DNA from: Tubiluchus corallicola | Taxonomy: Eukaryota > Animalia > Priapulida | NCBI GenBank assembly: GCA_030141605.1 | Contig: JAQGDQ010000554.1 | Location: forward strand, 62,001-126,000 | Direction of reading: 5' to 3' | DNA length: 64,000 nt | Part shown: one piece after another, positions 25,420-38,781 of the stretch | How positions within the stretch are numbered: position 1 is the first letter of the stretch | Layout of the letters: every line of letters starts with the position of its first letter | Made by a program: the position numbers and the translations under genes | Notes under the pieces: generated by a model | Told to the model about the DNA's origin: nothing | Seen by the model: the letters and a program-made list of their open reading frames with translations, nothing else | The model's database searches: none

Positions 25420-26288
25420 AAAAAACTAAGATTCAATTAATATGGCCGTGGATATATGAATTCTGAATTAGTGTGCATGTTGTCGTACTGGTGTGATGGT
25501 ATTTCATATCTGGTTAATATTAGTGATTTTAATTTTGTTTTAAATGCTGATAGGGACTTGATTTGTTTAACCTGTAATGGTAGAGAATTCCAAAGTAGAA
25601 TTGCTTGTTTGATTACAGAGTTCGTTCCGTAGTGGGTGTTTGTCCTAATTTGTTTTAGATTGCTTGTTTTGGAATTAACGATAGGTTTGGAAAAAAGGTA
25701 AATCTGTTATTCTGGAATGGTTTGCTGATGTTGTTAATGTATTTAAATATAAAAAGCAGAGTAAAATATTCTTTGTGTGCTTCACTGATTGGGAAGTTTT
25801 TCTCAGGTTAGTTGTTGAAGCTTTGAATTTTTGTCTACCTGCCTTACGTTTGTATGAGTATCCAGTTATCAATCTCAACGCATAGTTCTGAAGGAGATTT
25901 AATTTTAAGTAATTTCTCTTTTGGTTTTTTGAAGTAGCGTACATCCATATAAGAAGTGTGGTAGAACTAAAGTTTTATATATTAGTGCCTTAGTTTCCTT
26001 AGTTAGTTGCCCTTTAACTTGTCGGAGATATGATGTGCTAGATGCCATTTTTGTATATATGTTATTAAAGCGTTCATCCCATGAAAGATTATTGTCTACC
26101 TGTATGCCCAGAAATTTAACATTATTAGTTTGTTTGATTACAGCATTATCTATTGTCAGAGTGGTTGATGATGCATCATTAGTATTTAATGAGGGTGACA
26201 GTATCATGAATTCTGTTTTGTCATGATTCATTTTTAGCTTGTAATGACTAAATGCCATGTTTATATTCTTTATATCTAAATATGGCAT
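25420..26288 (-). mobile_element. CR1/L2-group LINE ORF2 3' fragment (RT C-terminal part), frameshifted
   Basis: LKMNHDKTEFMIL...VKFLGIQVDNNLSWDE...LIYKTLVLPHFLYGC, then LQNYALRLITG in the adjacent frame; 5'-truncated. Confidence 0.85.
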
Positions 26289-28323
26289 TTATAATTGTGT
26301 TATGTTGCAGGCAGAATTCTTTTCTTTTAGAAATATTTTGTTAATAAATTTTTTGTATTTAGGCAATAGATGATGATAATGAAAGATAGGCATTGATAGC
26401 TAATAATGTGGCTCACAGAAAAAACTTGTTACAGCGGTGCAGCGAAGAGTGCAGAATTCAATGATGCGTCCTTCGAAGCTTGCATGGCTGCGCACATGTT
26501 TTGTTTGAAACTTTCTCTGGATGTTACGTTTCGACAAAACTCTAAATTAACTTGATACATTAAAGTAATAGTGCGGCTTGTGGCGATGAAATTCATGCGC
26601 AGTTACACAAAGTTTGTTGCCGTCTGTTTATTTTTAACTTGTCATTTATTTAGGGCACGTAAACAGACCAGTGACATACCAACGCTTAGACGCTATAACA
26701 ATACTTTTATAAGTACATTTGCTGCTAATACATAGATAGCGGGGGTACCCCTCGTGACGGCGAAGTAGCTCTCCCTTTGTCTTTCCTCCTCCTTCATCTG
26801 AGTTGCCCGACAAAAGCGGCTCCCAAACACCTGCAGAAATTGCATTGAAATATACGCGAGAATTAAGGTCTAGAGGGTATTAACTATTATTATTATTATT
26901 ATTGTTATTTTCTCCAGCCATACAAGGTTTCTGCAACTAAATTTTGCCTAGCAGTAGTACAGTAGATCTGCGTATCCTGTTGAGAAATAATTTTTTACTG
27001 TGGTTGGCATTATCAATTAACGCATACGCACAAATTGAGAGCTGTGCTTAGCCAAACGATCTACTAAATCGATGTGTGACCATTTAGAAACTGATTCTAA
27101 GCAGTTTTGTGCCATCTGTATCACCCAGCCCAGCTATATCACTCGGTGACAGAAAAATAGATACTTTTGAATTTGACTAAGAGTAAGATAACTCTGCTGA
27201 TAGTTTGGTCATACCACATTGAAAGCAGCCAAAGTGTGACATGGTTGCAAAGAATGAAGTTTGTAATTGTACACTTTTTTGTTAGCAACCTGCAACAAAT
27301 TAACTCAAGCTAGCTTGAGTTACTTGGGTATGTACATGTGTTATAAGTTTGTGAGTTTGGATGTAACGGGGACACTAAGTTACATGTAAAATTAATAATT
27401 TGTTGTTGAATCATAAAGCTCAGTTTGTAATGCTTTCCTAATGCATGGTTGAATTAAATTTTTAAGTAACAAAAATGCAGTTAAATAATACTGAACAAAA
27501 TAAATGGTCGTTAGTGATGTGCAAGTCAAATAATTTTTTCATGTTCCTCTTTATTTGTGTTATATCCAGAATGATTATTGGTGAAACTGCCTATAGTTCT
27601 TATTAAAACCCAGTAAAATGTGAAAACTTAACCAAATGTGTAGTAATCTTATCTTTATTAATGATGTTATTTGTATCGTATGCTACTATAGCATGCTAAC
27701 TATTTAATCATTTGGACGGAACATGAGACACATGAATTGTTATAGTCTATAACAAAGGCCTGTACTGATGAGAAATAATGCAGCGCAAAATTTAATGTAC
27801 TTTATTATAAATTTGACATATGCTACTATTAACCAGACACAATTCTATTAAACAAAAACACCCCTGTATACTTACTAGAAATTATCCAGATGTATACAAT
27901 TTGGACGTAACACAATTGTGGACATATGAAATTGAAATGGCATAAAACAAGCCATCAGACTGCAATACAATAAAAAGTTTAGTGCAAAATTACCTGAAAA
28001 GATTTTAGATTTATTTTTATATCACATACACTTTGCAGAATGCCACTGGCTGCATTTACTATGAAATTATCACGTTAGTTATGTTCCAGTCCTACCATAA
28101 CCTACAACCATAGTAAGTGCTGGCATTAGCTTTGAGTATACCTAACTGCATGTTTAAGTTTATTATTCAGTGATGTCTTTTGCAAGCTCACAGTTACAGG
28201 TGGTTACACTTATTCCCCTGTATGAAATAATACTCTTTTAATTTCCAATGTGAGTGTGGTCCTACTCAATTTTTTAATTTGCTTGTGGGTTTTTAGATTT
28301 AAACACGAAATCATGTTTTAGGT

Positions 28324-28805
28324 CAGGGGTGTGCAAATTGCGGCCCGCCGATAGAATTTGTACGGCCCGCGAAAAGATTTGTCAACCTAATGAAAGTGCG
28401 GCCCGGGCGATTAATTGAGCGTATCCAGCTGAAGTCTGTGCCACGATCTCAAAGATAGTGCGGGTAGTTTTTTCTACTAGATCGGATGCCATTAACCCTG
28501 ACTAGACGGTTGTAGCTTAATGTCACTGTACTACACAGACTGTGTGATACACATTACTAATATGCATTGTAATGAAATTACCACTATCTGTCCTGAAAGT
28601 AGAAATATATGGTTTGTAATATAAATTTTAATAACTTGTAAAATAGCTTCTCGAGTGTAGTAGTAATGATGTACGCAGGTCGGATGCAAAAAAATCGTTA
28701 TTAGGCCTTTCTGTACTTGGCTCCTTGATTTTGCTGCCTGTGGCCCGCAGGAATTCCGGGAAAGTTTAATGTGGCCCTGCTAGTCAGATAATTTGCACAC
28801 CCCTG
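28324..28805. mobile_element. hAT (Charlie-like) MITE, 482 bp
   Basis: Perfect 16-bp TIRs CAGGGGTGTGCAAATT / AATTTGCACACCCCTG; perfect 8-bp TSD ttttaggt (28316-28323 and 28806-28813); repeated subterminal GGCCC(G) motifs. Confidence 0.95.
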
Positions 28806-29616
28806 TTTTAGGTAAATGCAGGTAAATGATTGCAATTGCAGTTGATGATTATTGATTACGTTTTCAATTTCGCCGAAGCTTAGACTGTTTTCACGATTGT
28901 GGTGAAACGATCGTAAATGATTTTATAAGGCCTGAAATTATAGAAATTTGAAAGGATAATTGTGTAAAGAAAACTTATCAACCCACAAACAATACCAGCC
29001 TTATACATATAGATCATTATATGCAAACATAATAATGCTAAAAAAGCAGGAGCACCGCAGTTGCATCTGGGCTGATGTTTCAGCTTGTTACTTTAACTTA
29101 CTTGATAGATTGCGAAATTATACTCATATTATCGATCTGGTTGGGTTGGATCATCCTGCTTTATTTTGCTCATCGAAGGTCAGATGCTACATTAGGCCTG
29201 TTTTATTGCTACTTCTATAGAAGATACTTTTTGGATTTCGTATCACTTATTTCTAAATGCTGACCGTCTGTCCTTATTGCTCGCTTTCTTTTGCTTCTCT
29301 TGATCACCTTCGACATTCGTAAATACAGAGCAGCTGCTTATTTATCCAGTTTTTTTCCTGTGACGTCTTAACTGCAACCTTACTCGATAGAATTCTATTT
29401 CTCTGGACCTGTATTCTGATTTTCGTCTTCTTACTGTGAGTGGTCATTGGCTTTGTTTGGGGCAATTTGCCTAAAAAGTCTCAACCAAATGCTTGCAAAA
29501 CAGTGAAAACATTGACCCACTCTACCTATTTAAATTATGTATGTGCACTGTATTATTGTTTACATACAATAGTGTCTCATTTATCTATATTTTGCAGCTG
29601 TTGTGGCTGACCAGTC

Positions 29617-29747
29617 ATGATGGATGAGATTGAGGGTAGAAGCACGACCTCGTATCGACGTTATCGCACCAAATTGCGCCAAGAAGGACGTTCTGCATCC
29701 GAGGAGCAAGAAGACTGTGATTCTAAAGTTGCATCTGTAATTGACAG
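29617..29747 (+). CDS. SARM1: SARM1 putative first coding exon (MMDEIEGRSTTSYRRYRTKLRQEGRSASEEQEDCDSKVASVIDR)
   Basis: Acceptor tttgcag at 29597, in-frame TGA upstream of ATG29617, phase-2 donor AG|gtctgt that joins in frame to the acceptor at 32349. I did not recognise any homology for this peptide. Confidence 0.6.
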
Positions 29748-32349
29748 GTCTGTAAAGTAATTTACTGCATGGACAAATTAGATTAGGGTTGTGCGGTCTT
29801 TACAGGGTGACACGGAATGCCGCCTTTTACCATAAGTTTTGCTTTCCCTTTAGACTTTGATTTGTTAATACGGTATGTTGCATTTGCAGTATTATCCCCT
29901 ATATTTGCTTACTTTTGGTTCTTACTAGGTTGTTAGTGTTCTTCTGATTTGGAATTTTTCATGTGGGTATCCTGCATGACTAGAACTACACTAAATATTT
30001 GAAAGTTGTGTAATCCATTCAAATTTTTAATTTTTTTAAACCTAATTCAGATCTTGCAATTGGTCCAACGCATTTGTTTCTTTTTTAACAGTGGTTGAAA
30101 TTTATTCTTGTTTGTAAAGCCAATGCTTGCATGTGGTCTTAATGGATTACATATGAAATGTGTCATCTTAAAAGAAGCTTAAACCACAAAATTATTACAA
30201 CGACTGTCAACCTTTGGTACATTCCATTACATTTAATGACACTGTCAATGTCCAAACAATTTTCTTAAAATGATAGTTACTAATGATCTACTTTAAATAA
30301 GTATATTTAAAACATGTTTTTTAAACAAAGGAAAGACTATAGACTATAATTCACTCAAATTTGGCATTTTTATTCAAATATTTATTTATTTCAAAGAGTA
30401 AAAATTATGATCTTTCTATCTTTGTATGCCAAGATTCAAATATTCAAAAGCAGCAATTAGTCACTAATTCATCATGGTGCTGTTCTTAATTGCTATTTTA
30501 TATAATTTTTTGTGCTTGTAAAGTAAACTGTTTTAAATGTAACGACAATAGATGATACAATCATGTGTTATCACTTTAATTATTGAAAGCCCATAATTGA
30601 ATTCATCTATTGTCCAATTTTGTACTTTGGCAATTATTTTCTGTTTCATTTCTGTGTATGCCTTTTAGTAGTAAAGAATTTTGGATGGCACAATCAATCA
30701 TTCACAAAACCAATGGAATACAGAAAAGAATATCACTATTCCATCGTTTATGTGCAATATGCGTATGTGTGTGCTTGTGCGATTGTGTTCTTTTAAATAA
30801 CTTTATTTTAATTTTATAAGAAGTCTAACAACCCGTTTTGCACATACATTTGCTTTTAGATATTAACCATGGTTTTTATTGAAAAATTAACATTTTCATT
30901 TGCATTTTGCTTTCACATTGCAGACGGAAATAGCGTTTGTGAAGCTGAGTTCTTTTGATCAGGTATATTACCGCGCTATTTTGTGCTTTTTTGTTTCTTA
31001 CCCTCATGCTTGTGCACCTTCATTACTGCTATGCTTTTGCTCTATAAATTTAGTGCAGAGGAAAATAGGAAAGAGTAACAGAAATATTGATAGCTAAAAG
31101 ATCTGGTAATGATATATGTACTTTCTTATAATCTGTGACCACCTGGAATAACAAATCATCATTGTGTCTGTTTTTTTAGTTATACTATACTATAGTTATA
31201 CTGTAATTTTACTTAATTATCGATATCATGTCTGTGCTTATGCTGGATTTTTATCACTTATATAATGATTTAGATTTACTTTTTCTAGAACACTTCTGTA
31301 CCCTGTGCAACCACTATATTTAGCTAAAATTTAATAGATTCCGCTATAGAACAGCTAGATAATATCAGATTTACTTTTTAAAATGCTTATAATAATAATA
31401 TATCTGGTTTTGCGAAAGCGGTTTGCAATCATTTTTTTCGATGAAATTTTCAAACGTGACTTTCTTGCATACTTATGTGCATCTATAGTAATACGCATGT
31501 TAATGCCGATTGCCAGGACAATAACTTGTGTTGTGCAGCACTAATTTAGGTAACTAATGACTGTTTGTTGCGAATTAGCTATTTATTTTATTTAGATTTG
31601 GATTTATTTATAAATCTAATATTGACATTATCCAAATCGTAACACATAGCTTAGCTGCATTGATAGATGTCCGCAAGACTGGCTAGACTGTGATACTTAT
31701 CCATAATGCTGCAATGGTAAAAGACGAATTTTTAATTCAGCCTAGTTTGTTGTACATATTTGAGAACATTCAACTGGTGTTTTCTAACTTTTTATTCATA
31801 TATTTTGTATTATATGTATATTTAGTTGCACTAGATATTGCACTAGTTTTATGTGGTATTATTGACAATCATAACTAGGTAACTGCACTGTATCTGAAGG
31901 TGTGAAACTTCCTGTAAAACTATATTAAAAAAAAATTTCATGTGATGTCCATTTTCTGCCTCTTGATTTAATTTATTTAAATCTGAAAGTATATTGATTT
32001 ATTATAATATATTCATTGTATATTTATTTCTATTTATTTTTTGATTTAATATATATATATATATATATATATACATACTATAGTGATAAATTTTTGTAAA
32101 TGATGTGCAATTTATTTCTGTTTAATATAGCAGGTTTTCAAAGCACGGTCTCATGAATATTTGTATGCAAGAGTTGAAGAGTTACAGATAAATGTGCTAT
32201 ACATTTTTAATTGAAAAGGTTGCTTATATTTTATGTCTATCATGCTATTGTCTTTACATATCATTACATCAGGCAGTTGTTTGTGCGTTAATTTATACAG
32301 AATAGTTCAATAATACTTTCAATTCACTATTGTGAATGTGGTTTTCCAG

Positions 32350-33568
32350 AGACCAGCGTGAACGGAGTTCGTCGCTTGAAGAGTTTGTGGAGTCACCTGG
32401 TGGCACAATCCTAAGTGGAGGTAGAAAGCCCAAGGTTTCCAAATCATTTACTCATGGAGGGGGTAAGGTGAACATTAGTATAATGCGTTGCAGTACATCT
32501 GAGCATTCCGTTGCTCATTCTGGAGGAAATAAACTCAGACTGGATTTCTCACGGCTAGGATCAATGAATGACACAAGCAGCATGGATTCATCGAGCTCCA
32601 TAGTAAGTGGCAGTGGAAGTAGTGGCAACAGCCCACAGCTGCACGTCGTGAAAAGCACTGGGGGCTCACAGAACTTGAAGGCCACAATGTCGAAATACTC
32701 TGGTTACATGCAGCAGTATGTGAATTCACTGCGGTCTTCAAGTCGCTCTGATAAATCTTATGCTATGGAGGAGATATATAGGTTAGTTCGGCAGGCGTGG
32801 AACACCCCAAATGTAGGACGTGATCTGGCGTATGGTCTCTGTGATGTTTTGCGCAACTCCGGTGGTCTGGATGCTTTAATCTCAAATTGTGGAAGTTCCA
32901 ACACAGAGCTGCGTTTCCTCTCGGCTCAAGCTCTGGAACAGTGCATGTCGACTGAAAATCGAAACTATGTCGTCGAGAAGGGTTTACAAGATGTAGTGCA
33001 AGCTGCTTGTGTAAAGGGCGACCTACAAATGGGTCGAGTTGGCACAGGCATTTTAGAAAACCTCTTCAAGCACTCGGAGGAAACTTGTACAAAAGTCGTG
33101 AAACAGGGAGGATTGGACACAATTTTGTCACACTCCCGTAGTCAAGATAATGGAACTCTCAGGCACTGTGCAGCTGCGTTTTCAAATCTTGCTTTGTACG
33201 GTGGTTGTGATAATCATGAGCTGATGATAGCTCGCAATGTACCAGAGTGGTTGTACCCACTCGCATTCTCTAAGGATGACAGTACGCGCTATTACGCGTG
33301 TCTTTCCATTTGCTGTCTCGTTGCTAACAAAGCCGTCCAAACTGCTGTAAAGAAATCTGGGACATTGGACCTTGTGGAACCATTTTTGCTTTCGCACGAT
33401 CCGGTCGAGTTTGCCGATTTTGATGAAATGCATCGCCATGGACGATCGAAAGAGTGGCTACAGAGATTGTTGCCTGCTCTGATGAGCTCTAGCGAAGAAG
33501 CTCGAGCTTTGGTTGCATTTCACTTTGCTATGGAAGCTAGCATAAAGAAAAAACAAGGTAGACTGGAT
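32350..33568 (+). CDS. SARM1: SARM1 exon: Ser-rich N-terminal region and ARM domain
   Basis: QAWNTPNVGRDLAYGLCDVLRNSGGLD, GILENLFKHSEETC, LRHCAAAFSNLALYGG, VPEWLYPLAF, VKKSGTLDLVEPF, AFHFAMEASIKKKQG; acceptor ttttccag, donor GAT|gtaagt. Confidence 0.95.
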
Positions 33569-34432
33569 GTAAGTAGATTTTTTATTAATTCAGTCTTTAA
33601 TGATCAGCAATTTCATAATTTTCTGTATTCACATTAATTGGAACTTCTTACTTTTTTTGTATAAACAGATTTATTTAAATATACAGAATTTTCAATAAAG
33701 CAGCAGGGTGTTTAACTCAAGATTCTTCTGTGTAAGTATTAAAACAAATTAATACCTACGTGCACCCACTACAAAGACAATAAATTTAAAATACACATAC
33801 AATTATATAAAAAAACATTACCTACTTTAGAAATGAGCGTTGGAATAAATGAAATAGCTGACTTCTTACTTTGTAATTTCATTAAAAATTGCACTTTTGT
33901 TCGAATGAAGATGCTTTTTCTTAATAGTGAGAAGCAAGATTGCCCACACCATACTCAAATGCAACCAAACTGTGAAGCAGAATTATGACTGCTGGCTGCA
34001 TGTTACTGATAACGAGCCTGTCAGTATTATTATTTAAAGCAATTTTCCATCTAATTGTGTCACTTTAAAAAACTTCAGATTAGTAATTGATATTGTCATT
34101 TCTATTAACTATTAACATTTTGCAGCAGTAGCTTTACTTGTAGCAAATATCAGTGCTGGTATTTTGGTAACATTGGGACTCTAATGTTTTGTTACCTCAC
34201 ACGTATTGGTACTTTGTAATATGGGCAATTTTCGTTAATTCTCTTGTATTCGTTGTGTTGCATTTCTAACTTTACTACAAAGTATACAATGTATACAGCA
34301 TTGTGTGACACTTTCATCATATCATTTTTGACAAGATGCGGCTGCACTTATGATTTACTATTGTGCTTAATTAAATATGAGCTTGTTATTATCCTACCAT
34401 CTTAATTGTCGTAATTTATTTCATCATCTTAG

Positions 34433-34609
34433 ATATTCTATGAAATTGGTGCTATAGACGCTCTGAAACAAGTAGCCAGCTCTCCAAACAAACTTGGTTG
34501 CAAATATGCTTCAGAGGCTCTGCGGATAATTGGAGAACAAGTTCCTCACAAACTGAGTCTACAGGTGCCATTGTGGAGTGTTGAGGACGTACTGCAGTGG
34601 GTGAAACAG
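34433..34609 (+). CDS. SARM1: SARM1 exon: end of ARM and start of SAM1
   Basis: [59 protein letters not shown]; ag/gtatgt, phase 0-0. Confidence 0.95.
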
Positions 34610-35510
34610 GTATGTACATTTACAAACAGTTGAAGCACAAATACATAATAAGCATTTTACTTTTATTTGCAGCTCAATGATTGACAGATAAGTTTGTATT
34701 TGTGCTGCTGTAGTTTTGCATGAAATGAATTCGTTTATCTAAAGTTTTTCACTAAGTAAGTCACTTTATCTAGGTAGGAAATGCAAACAGTTTCTGTACA
34801 GAAATTGGTTGTTGTCAAAATGTTTTTGCACATTACAGTATTATCTTGTTAGTACTGTATATAATGCATAGCTTAAATGTAGTCAGTGCTGTTGTTAATT
34901 ACGCGCTGTTATCAGTTTTTATCAAATTAGAATTAGAAAATACAGACTTGGTTTTCCTAGCATTTTGTACATGTTTTCTTTGTACAATTGCAATATATTT
35001 TTATGAGCTGACAGAGTGCTCTGTATTTACCATGTGCCGTTTGTTTGGTTCTAAAAGCTCCTGTTGCTGCTCACTATGAGTTGCTCTCAATGCTAGTTAT
35101 GTATGCCAATTATGATGTACGCCAACGGTTTCCTAGTTCATCCTCTACGCTCTTCTGACGATTCAGGTCTGTTTTTAATACTGTACTTCTAAGAACTCTT
35201 TCACTTGCAGAAAACAGATGACACCACGGTACATAAACGTAAGACAAGAAGTTCAGTGCTAGGGTTTACATTTCTTTGTTTTCTTTTTATACATTTTATT
35301 TTTCATTGATTTTTGTATTTCTTAGATTCATCTTGCTACAAACACAAGAATATACCCATTAATATCTCTTTATTTTCTGTCACTTATTTGTAATTAAATA
35401 TCCTTCTGTAAAAAATATTCCATGCATGTGTAGTGTTAAAATATTGGCAGTCTGTTACGTAAATTGTTACTTTAACTGATTAATTTTTATCCTTTTTACT
35501 GCTGAGACAG

Positions 35511-35635
35511 ATTGGCTACGAGGAATACGTGGGATCCTTCCGTCAGTGTAGAGTAGATGGTGATCTCTTACTCACTTTAACAGATAAGATGTTGAGAGAA
35601 GACATTGGAATGGGAAACGGCATTTTACGAAAACG
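35511..35635 (+). CDS. SARM1: SARM1 exon: SAM1
   Basis: IGYEEYVGSFRQCRVDGDLLLTLTDKMLREDIGMGNGILRKR; cag/gtgagg, phase 0-2. Confidence 0.95.
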
Positions 35636-36954
35636 GTGAGGGATTTGTGTTGTTATCAACATAACAGCAATGTATTTATTATATAAAGGATGCAAAATCT
35701 GTAGTTTTTATTAAAATTACATATTAGTAACAAAAATTATATGAGTGTCAAAAATTACATTGTAGTTGGCCTTTAGCATCGTCTGTTAGGAACAACATTT
35801 TGCATTTATACATGTTTATCCTGTTTGCCTGGATAAACAGGTTTATGAATGAACATGCAACCTGTAGGATAAGCAGTATTTAGCATATTGCCAAATGTCC
35901 ATGTAATTATCCAATCATTTTGACGTTAAGAAGTTTCCTCTAAGGGCTTTATAATATGTGGTCAGTCCTTTGTTATTGGAGTTAACATAGTAGCCTGCCA
36001 AGCTCTGTGTTATCTCCCAGTTCCTTATGGAGGCTATCCTTAGGCACAGGTTAATTGGTATGTTTGACCATTTTATATTATTGTTTTAACCTAGTAATAT
36101 GAATGAAAGAATAATGTCATAGTTTCGTCGACACATTTATTATCATCTACTAATCAGTTATACTAAAACGTAGTTGGGTCTTAGAGTGTAATAGACCAAT
36201 ATATCTCTTATATACTATTATGATTTCATACTATTAATTTCATGTTGTCATTGTAAATATCATTATGTAAAACCATGTAAATTACTTCTAATAATTATGC
36301 ACATATTTTAATTCATCTGTTCTTTGTGTCTATCTAAGTAACAATACCTCAAATTAGAAAGACGCTTTAACACAAGCAAATTCATATTTGGGTCGGAAAC
36401 TTTGAGATAATATTTGAAATTGGGGCAAATTATGCAATATGCACCAGTCTAGCTCTCGCACCTTTTCTCTTGAAGTTAAAACTAAGAACCCCGAAGCTGC
36501 CGACAGTAGCTTCCAGAAATTAATTTCCAGACTACACTTTTGAAAGAAATTTCTTGAACTAACAGTTTAATTTAAATTAGATTTAATAGAATATGGTTAG
36601 ACCTGTTGAACATTGCCTTGCTTCTGTAGATGTTTCAGTCTAACTCCTAAGGTCTTGTAGCATGAATGCTCCTAGGTGTGAATGTTTTCTTTGTACTTCG
36701 AATTATATATGCATTGAAGAATCTTTTGGTTTTTATCTTCCCATGGCAGACATCAATTTATCGTACCTGAAGGAACAGATCGTGCAATTTACGTCAGACT
36801 TTATTAACTTAAATTGTTTTCCGACAGTTTTACATCGATTCTTGCTTTGTTTCTGCTCAATGCCCAAAAGTGCTGTTTTGCTTTTTTTTAATCAACAGGA
36901 AGTAGACAAACGAGAAATAATTTGATAAGAATCGGATTGTTATTGCATTTCCAG

Positions 36955-37084
36955 ATTCCTGAGAGAGTTGACTACATTAAAGATTAATGCTGATTATTCT
37001 TCCTGTGATGCAACGGGATTGGATGTCTGGATACTATGGTTACAAACTGACTTATCACAGTACTCGTATCATATGTTACAACAA
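36955..37084 (+). CDS. SARM1: SARM1 exon: SAM1/SAM2
   Basis: FLRELTTLKINADYSSCDATGLDVWILWLQTDLSQYSYHMLQQ; ttccag/gtatga, phase 2-0. Confidence 0.93.
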
Positions 37085-37478
37085 GTATGAACTTTTCTTT
37101 AATATCATATCAAGAAACTGTGACGTTCTTTATGGAACATTGTTGTATGTAAAGACGTTTATGCTTTAACTGAATATGAAAGGTGTTACAAATTTTTTGT
37201 TAATTTGTCATTACAGACAACATTACAGGCTACATTGGTTTTGTAAGATAATATTGTCTGTCGGCAAACAGAAACCTGGTATTTTTCGGGATTTGGTTTA
37301 ACTAATTATTTTGATATAGTCTGGCAGATTCTTAATAATTTGTAGAGACTTTTGAAATCTAACATACACATGCCTTGATTGTCACACGTAGTGTTGTTCC
37401 TATCACACTTCAAATGTGTTCCATCTGTTTTGTCTTGATTATGTCTTAAACTAATTGTAAGTGTTTCGTGCTTTGTTT

Positions 37479-37640
37479 AAACAACAACAATGACAACAAC
37501 AACAGCAACAACAACAACAACAACACCAATAACAACAGCAGTAGCAACAGCAACAACAACAACAACAACAACAACAACAGCAGTAGCAACAGCAACAACA
37601 ACAGCAACAGCAGCAGCAACAACAACAACAACAACAACAA
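37479..37640. repeat. (AAC)n/(AGC) imperfect trinucleotide microsatellite in a SARM1 intron
   Basis: Directly visible; explains the spurious poly-N/T/L/C ORFs. Confidence 0.95.
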
Positions 37641-38121
37641 CGTTGCTCTTTCTTCAATGGAACCAGCAAAATCATTGACAATCGTCGTATGCCTATCAAA
37701 AAACCCTTACTCATCTCATGTTTTATATGCAGTGTGGGAGAAGTATGAATCCTGAAAGAATAAGTTAAACATGATCAAGGTAAAAGCAAATTCTAAGAAC
37801 ATGTTTAATGATCAATTGATGTATCCTATGTGTAACAAGAAAGAAGACCGTATTGAACATTTCTTTGCGCTGACAATTTTAAAGAGTGACAAAGTACGTG
37901 ACACAGAAAATTGATACAGAATAAATCTCAAGTAAAATAACTTTTGGAAATTAGAGATTTTATAAGTTACTTCATAGAGTACGTCAGTGTTTTGAATAAG
38001 TATATAAAACAGCAGAGAGAGAAGTAAAAGGAAAGAAGTTAGTTCCTTTACAGACCATTTTTCCAAGGACCGCGAAATCACTATCTTATGTGCTAAAGGT
38101 TGTGAAAAATTGTGCTTTTAG

Positions 38122-38239
38122 GGTGTGTGCAAAGAAATGTTACCGTATCTAACAGAAGATCACTTGCGTGACGATTGTGGCGTAACAAATGGAGTTCATA
38201 GGTTACGAATTCTTCAAGCTGTACGGACAACAAGTACAG
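38122..38239 (+). CDS. SARM1: SARM1 exon: SAM2
   Basis: GVCKEMLPYLTEDHLRDDCGVTNGVHRLRILQAVRTTST; ttttag/gtacgt, phase 0-1. Confidence 0.95.
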
Positions 38240-38706
38240 GTACGTTGGCATAGCCAGGTGTATAAACCAACTCAATTCTTTTGTACAATATGGCGGGTTG
38301 TTAATGCATTATGTTTTTTATCTGAATGGTAGTTTAACAAGGTGCTAATTCTGAGTGTGAGTTTTTGTACATGCAAATGTATTGAAATTTTTGCAGTGAC
38401 TAATCTTTTGTGTGTTTGTCACTTTTGTATCAAATAATATTTATAACTTTGCAGTGCTATTTGTGCAAAGCTGGTGGTGGTCGCATTTGTATTTGTCCTG
38501 ATTGATTTGTGATGTACATTAGCAAAGTTGCGTGTATTATGCAAGCTTTGTTTGAAACGTCTGATTTCCGAATGCGTTTGGTAGTTTTGAGTTTTTCATA
38601 ATGTTCGTAGCTGTTTCATTCCGGACAAATACTAAGCTATCTCGGTGGTTTTGCATTCGCGTAGTTGTACTAACTTGCTGTAGTGAAGGCATAGTTTGTC
38701 TTGTAG

Positions 38707-38781
38707 AATTCGATACATGTGCTACATCTATAGATCCTCGGTTATTTCCAAGAACACCAGGACCAACCATGTTACAGGCAG
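38707..38781 (+). CDS. SARM1: Candidate SARM1 cassette exon A (75 nt, EFDTCATSIDPRLFPRTPGPTMLQA)
   Basis: tttgtcttgtag acceptor, CAG|gtatgc donor, phase 1-1, open frame. Confidence 0.55.

Noticed and set aside
32336-33637. Stand-alone 433-aa ARM protein
   Set aside because: It is an internal SARM1 exon (32350-33568); the ORF ends are intron read-through
37446-37755. ORFs encoding poly-Asn, poly-Thr, poly-Leu or poly-Cys
   Set aside because: Artefacts of the intronic (AAC)n microsatellite; the flanking SARM1 exons join cleanly without it
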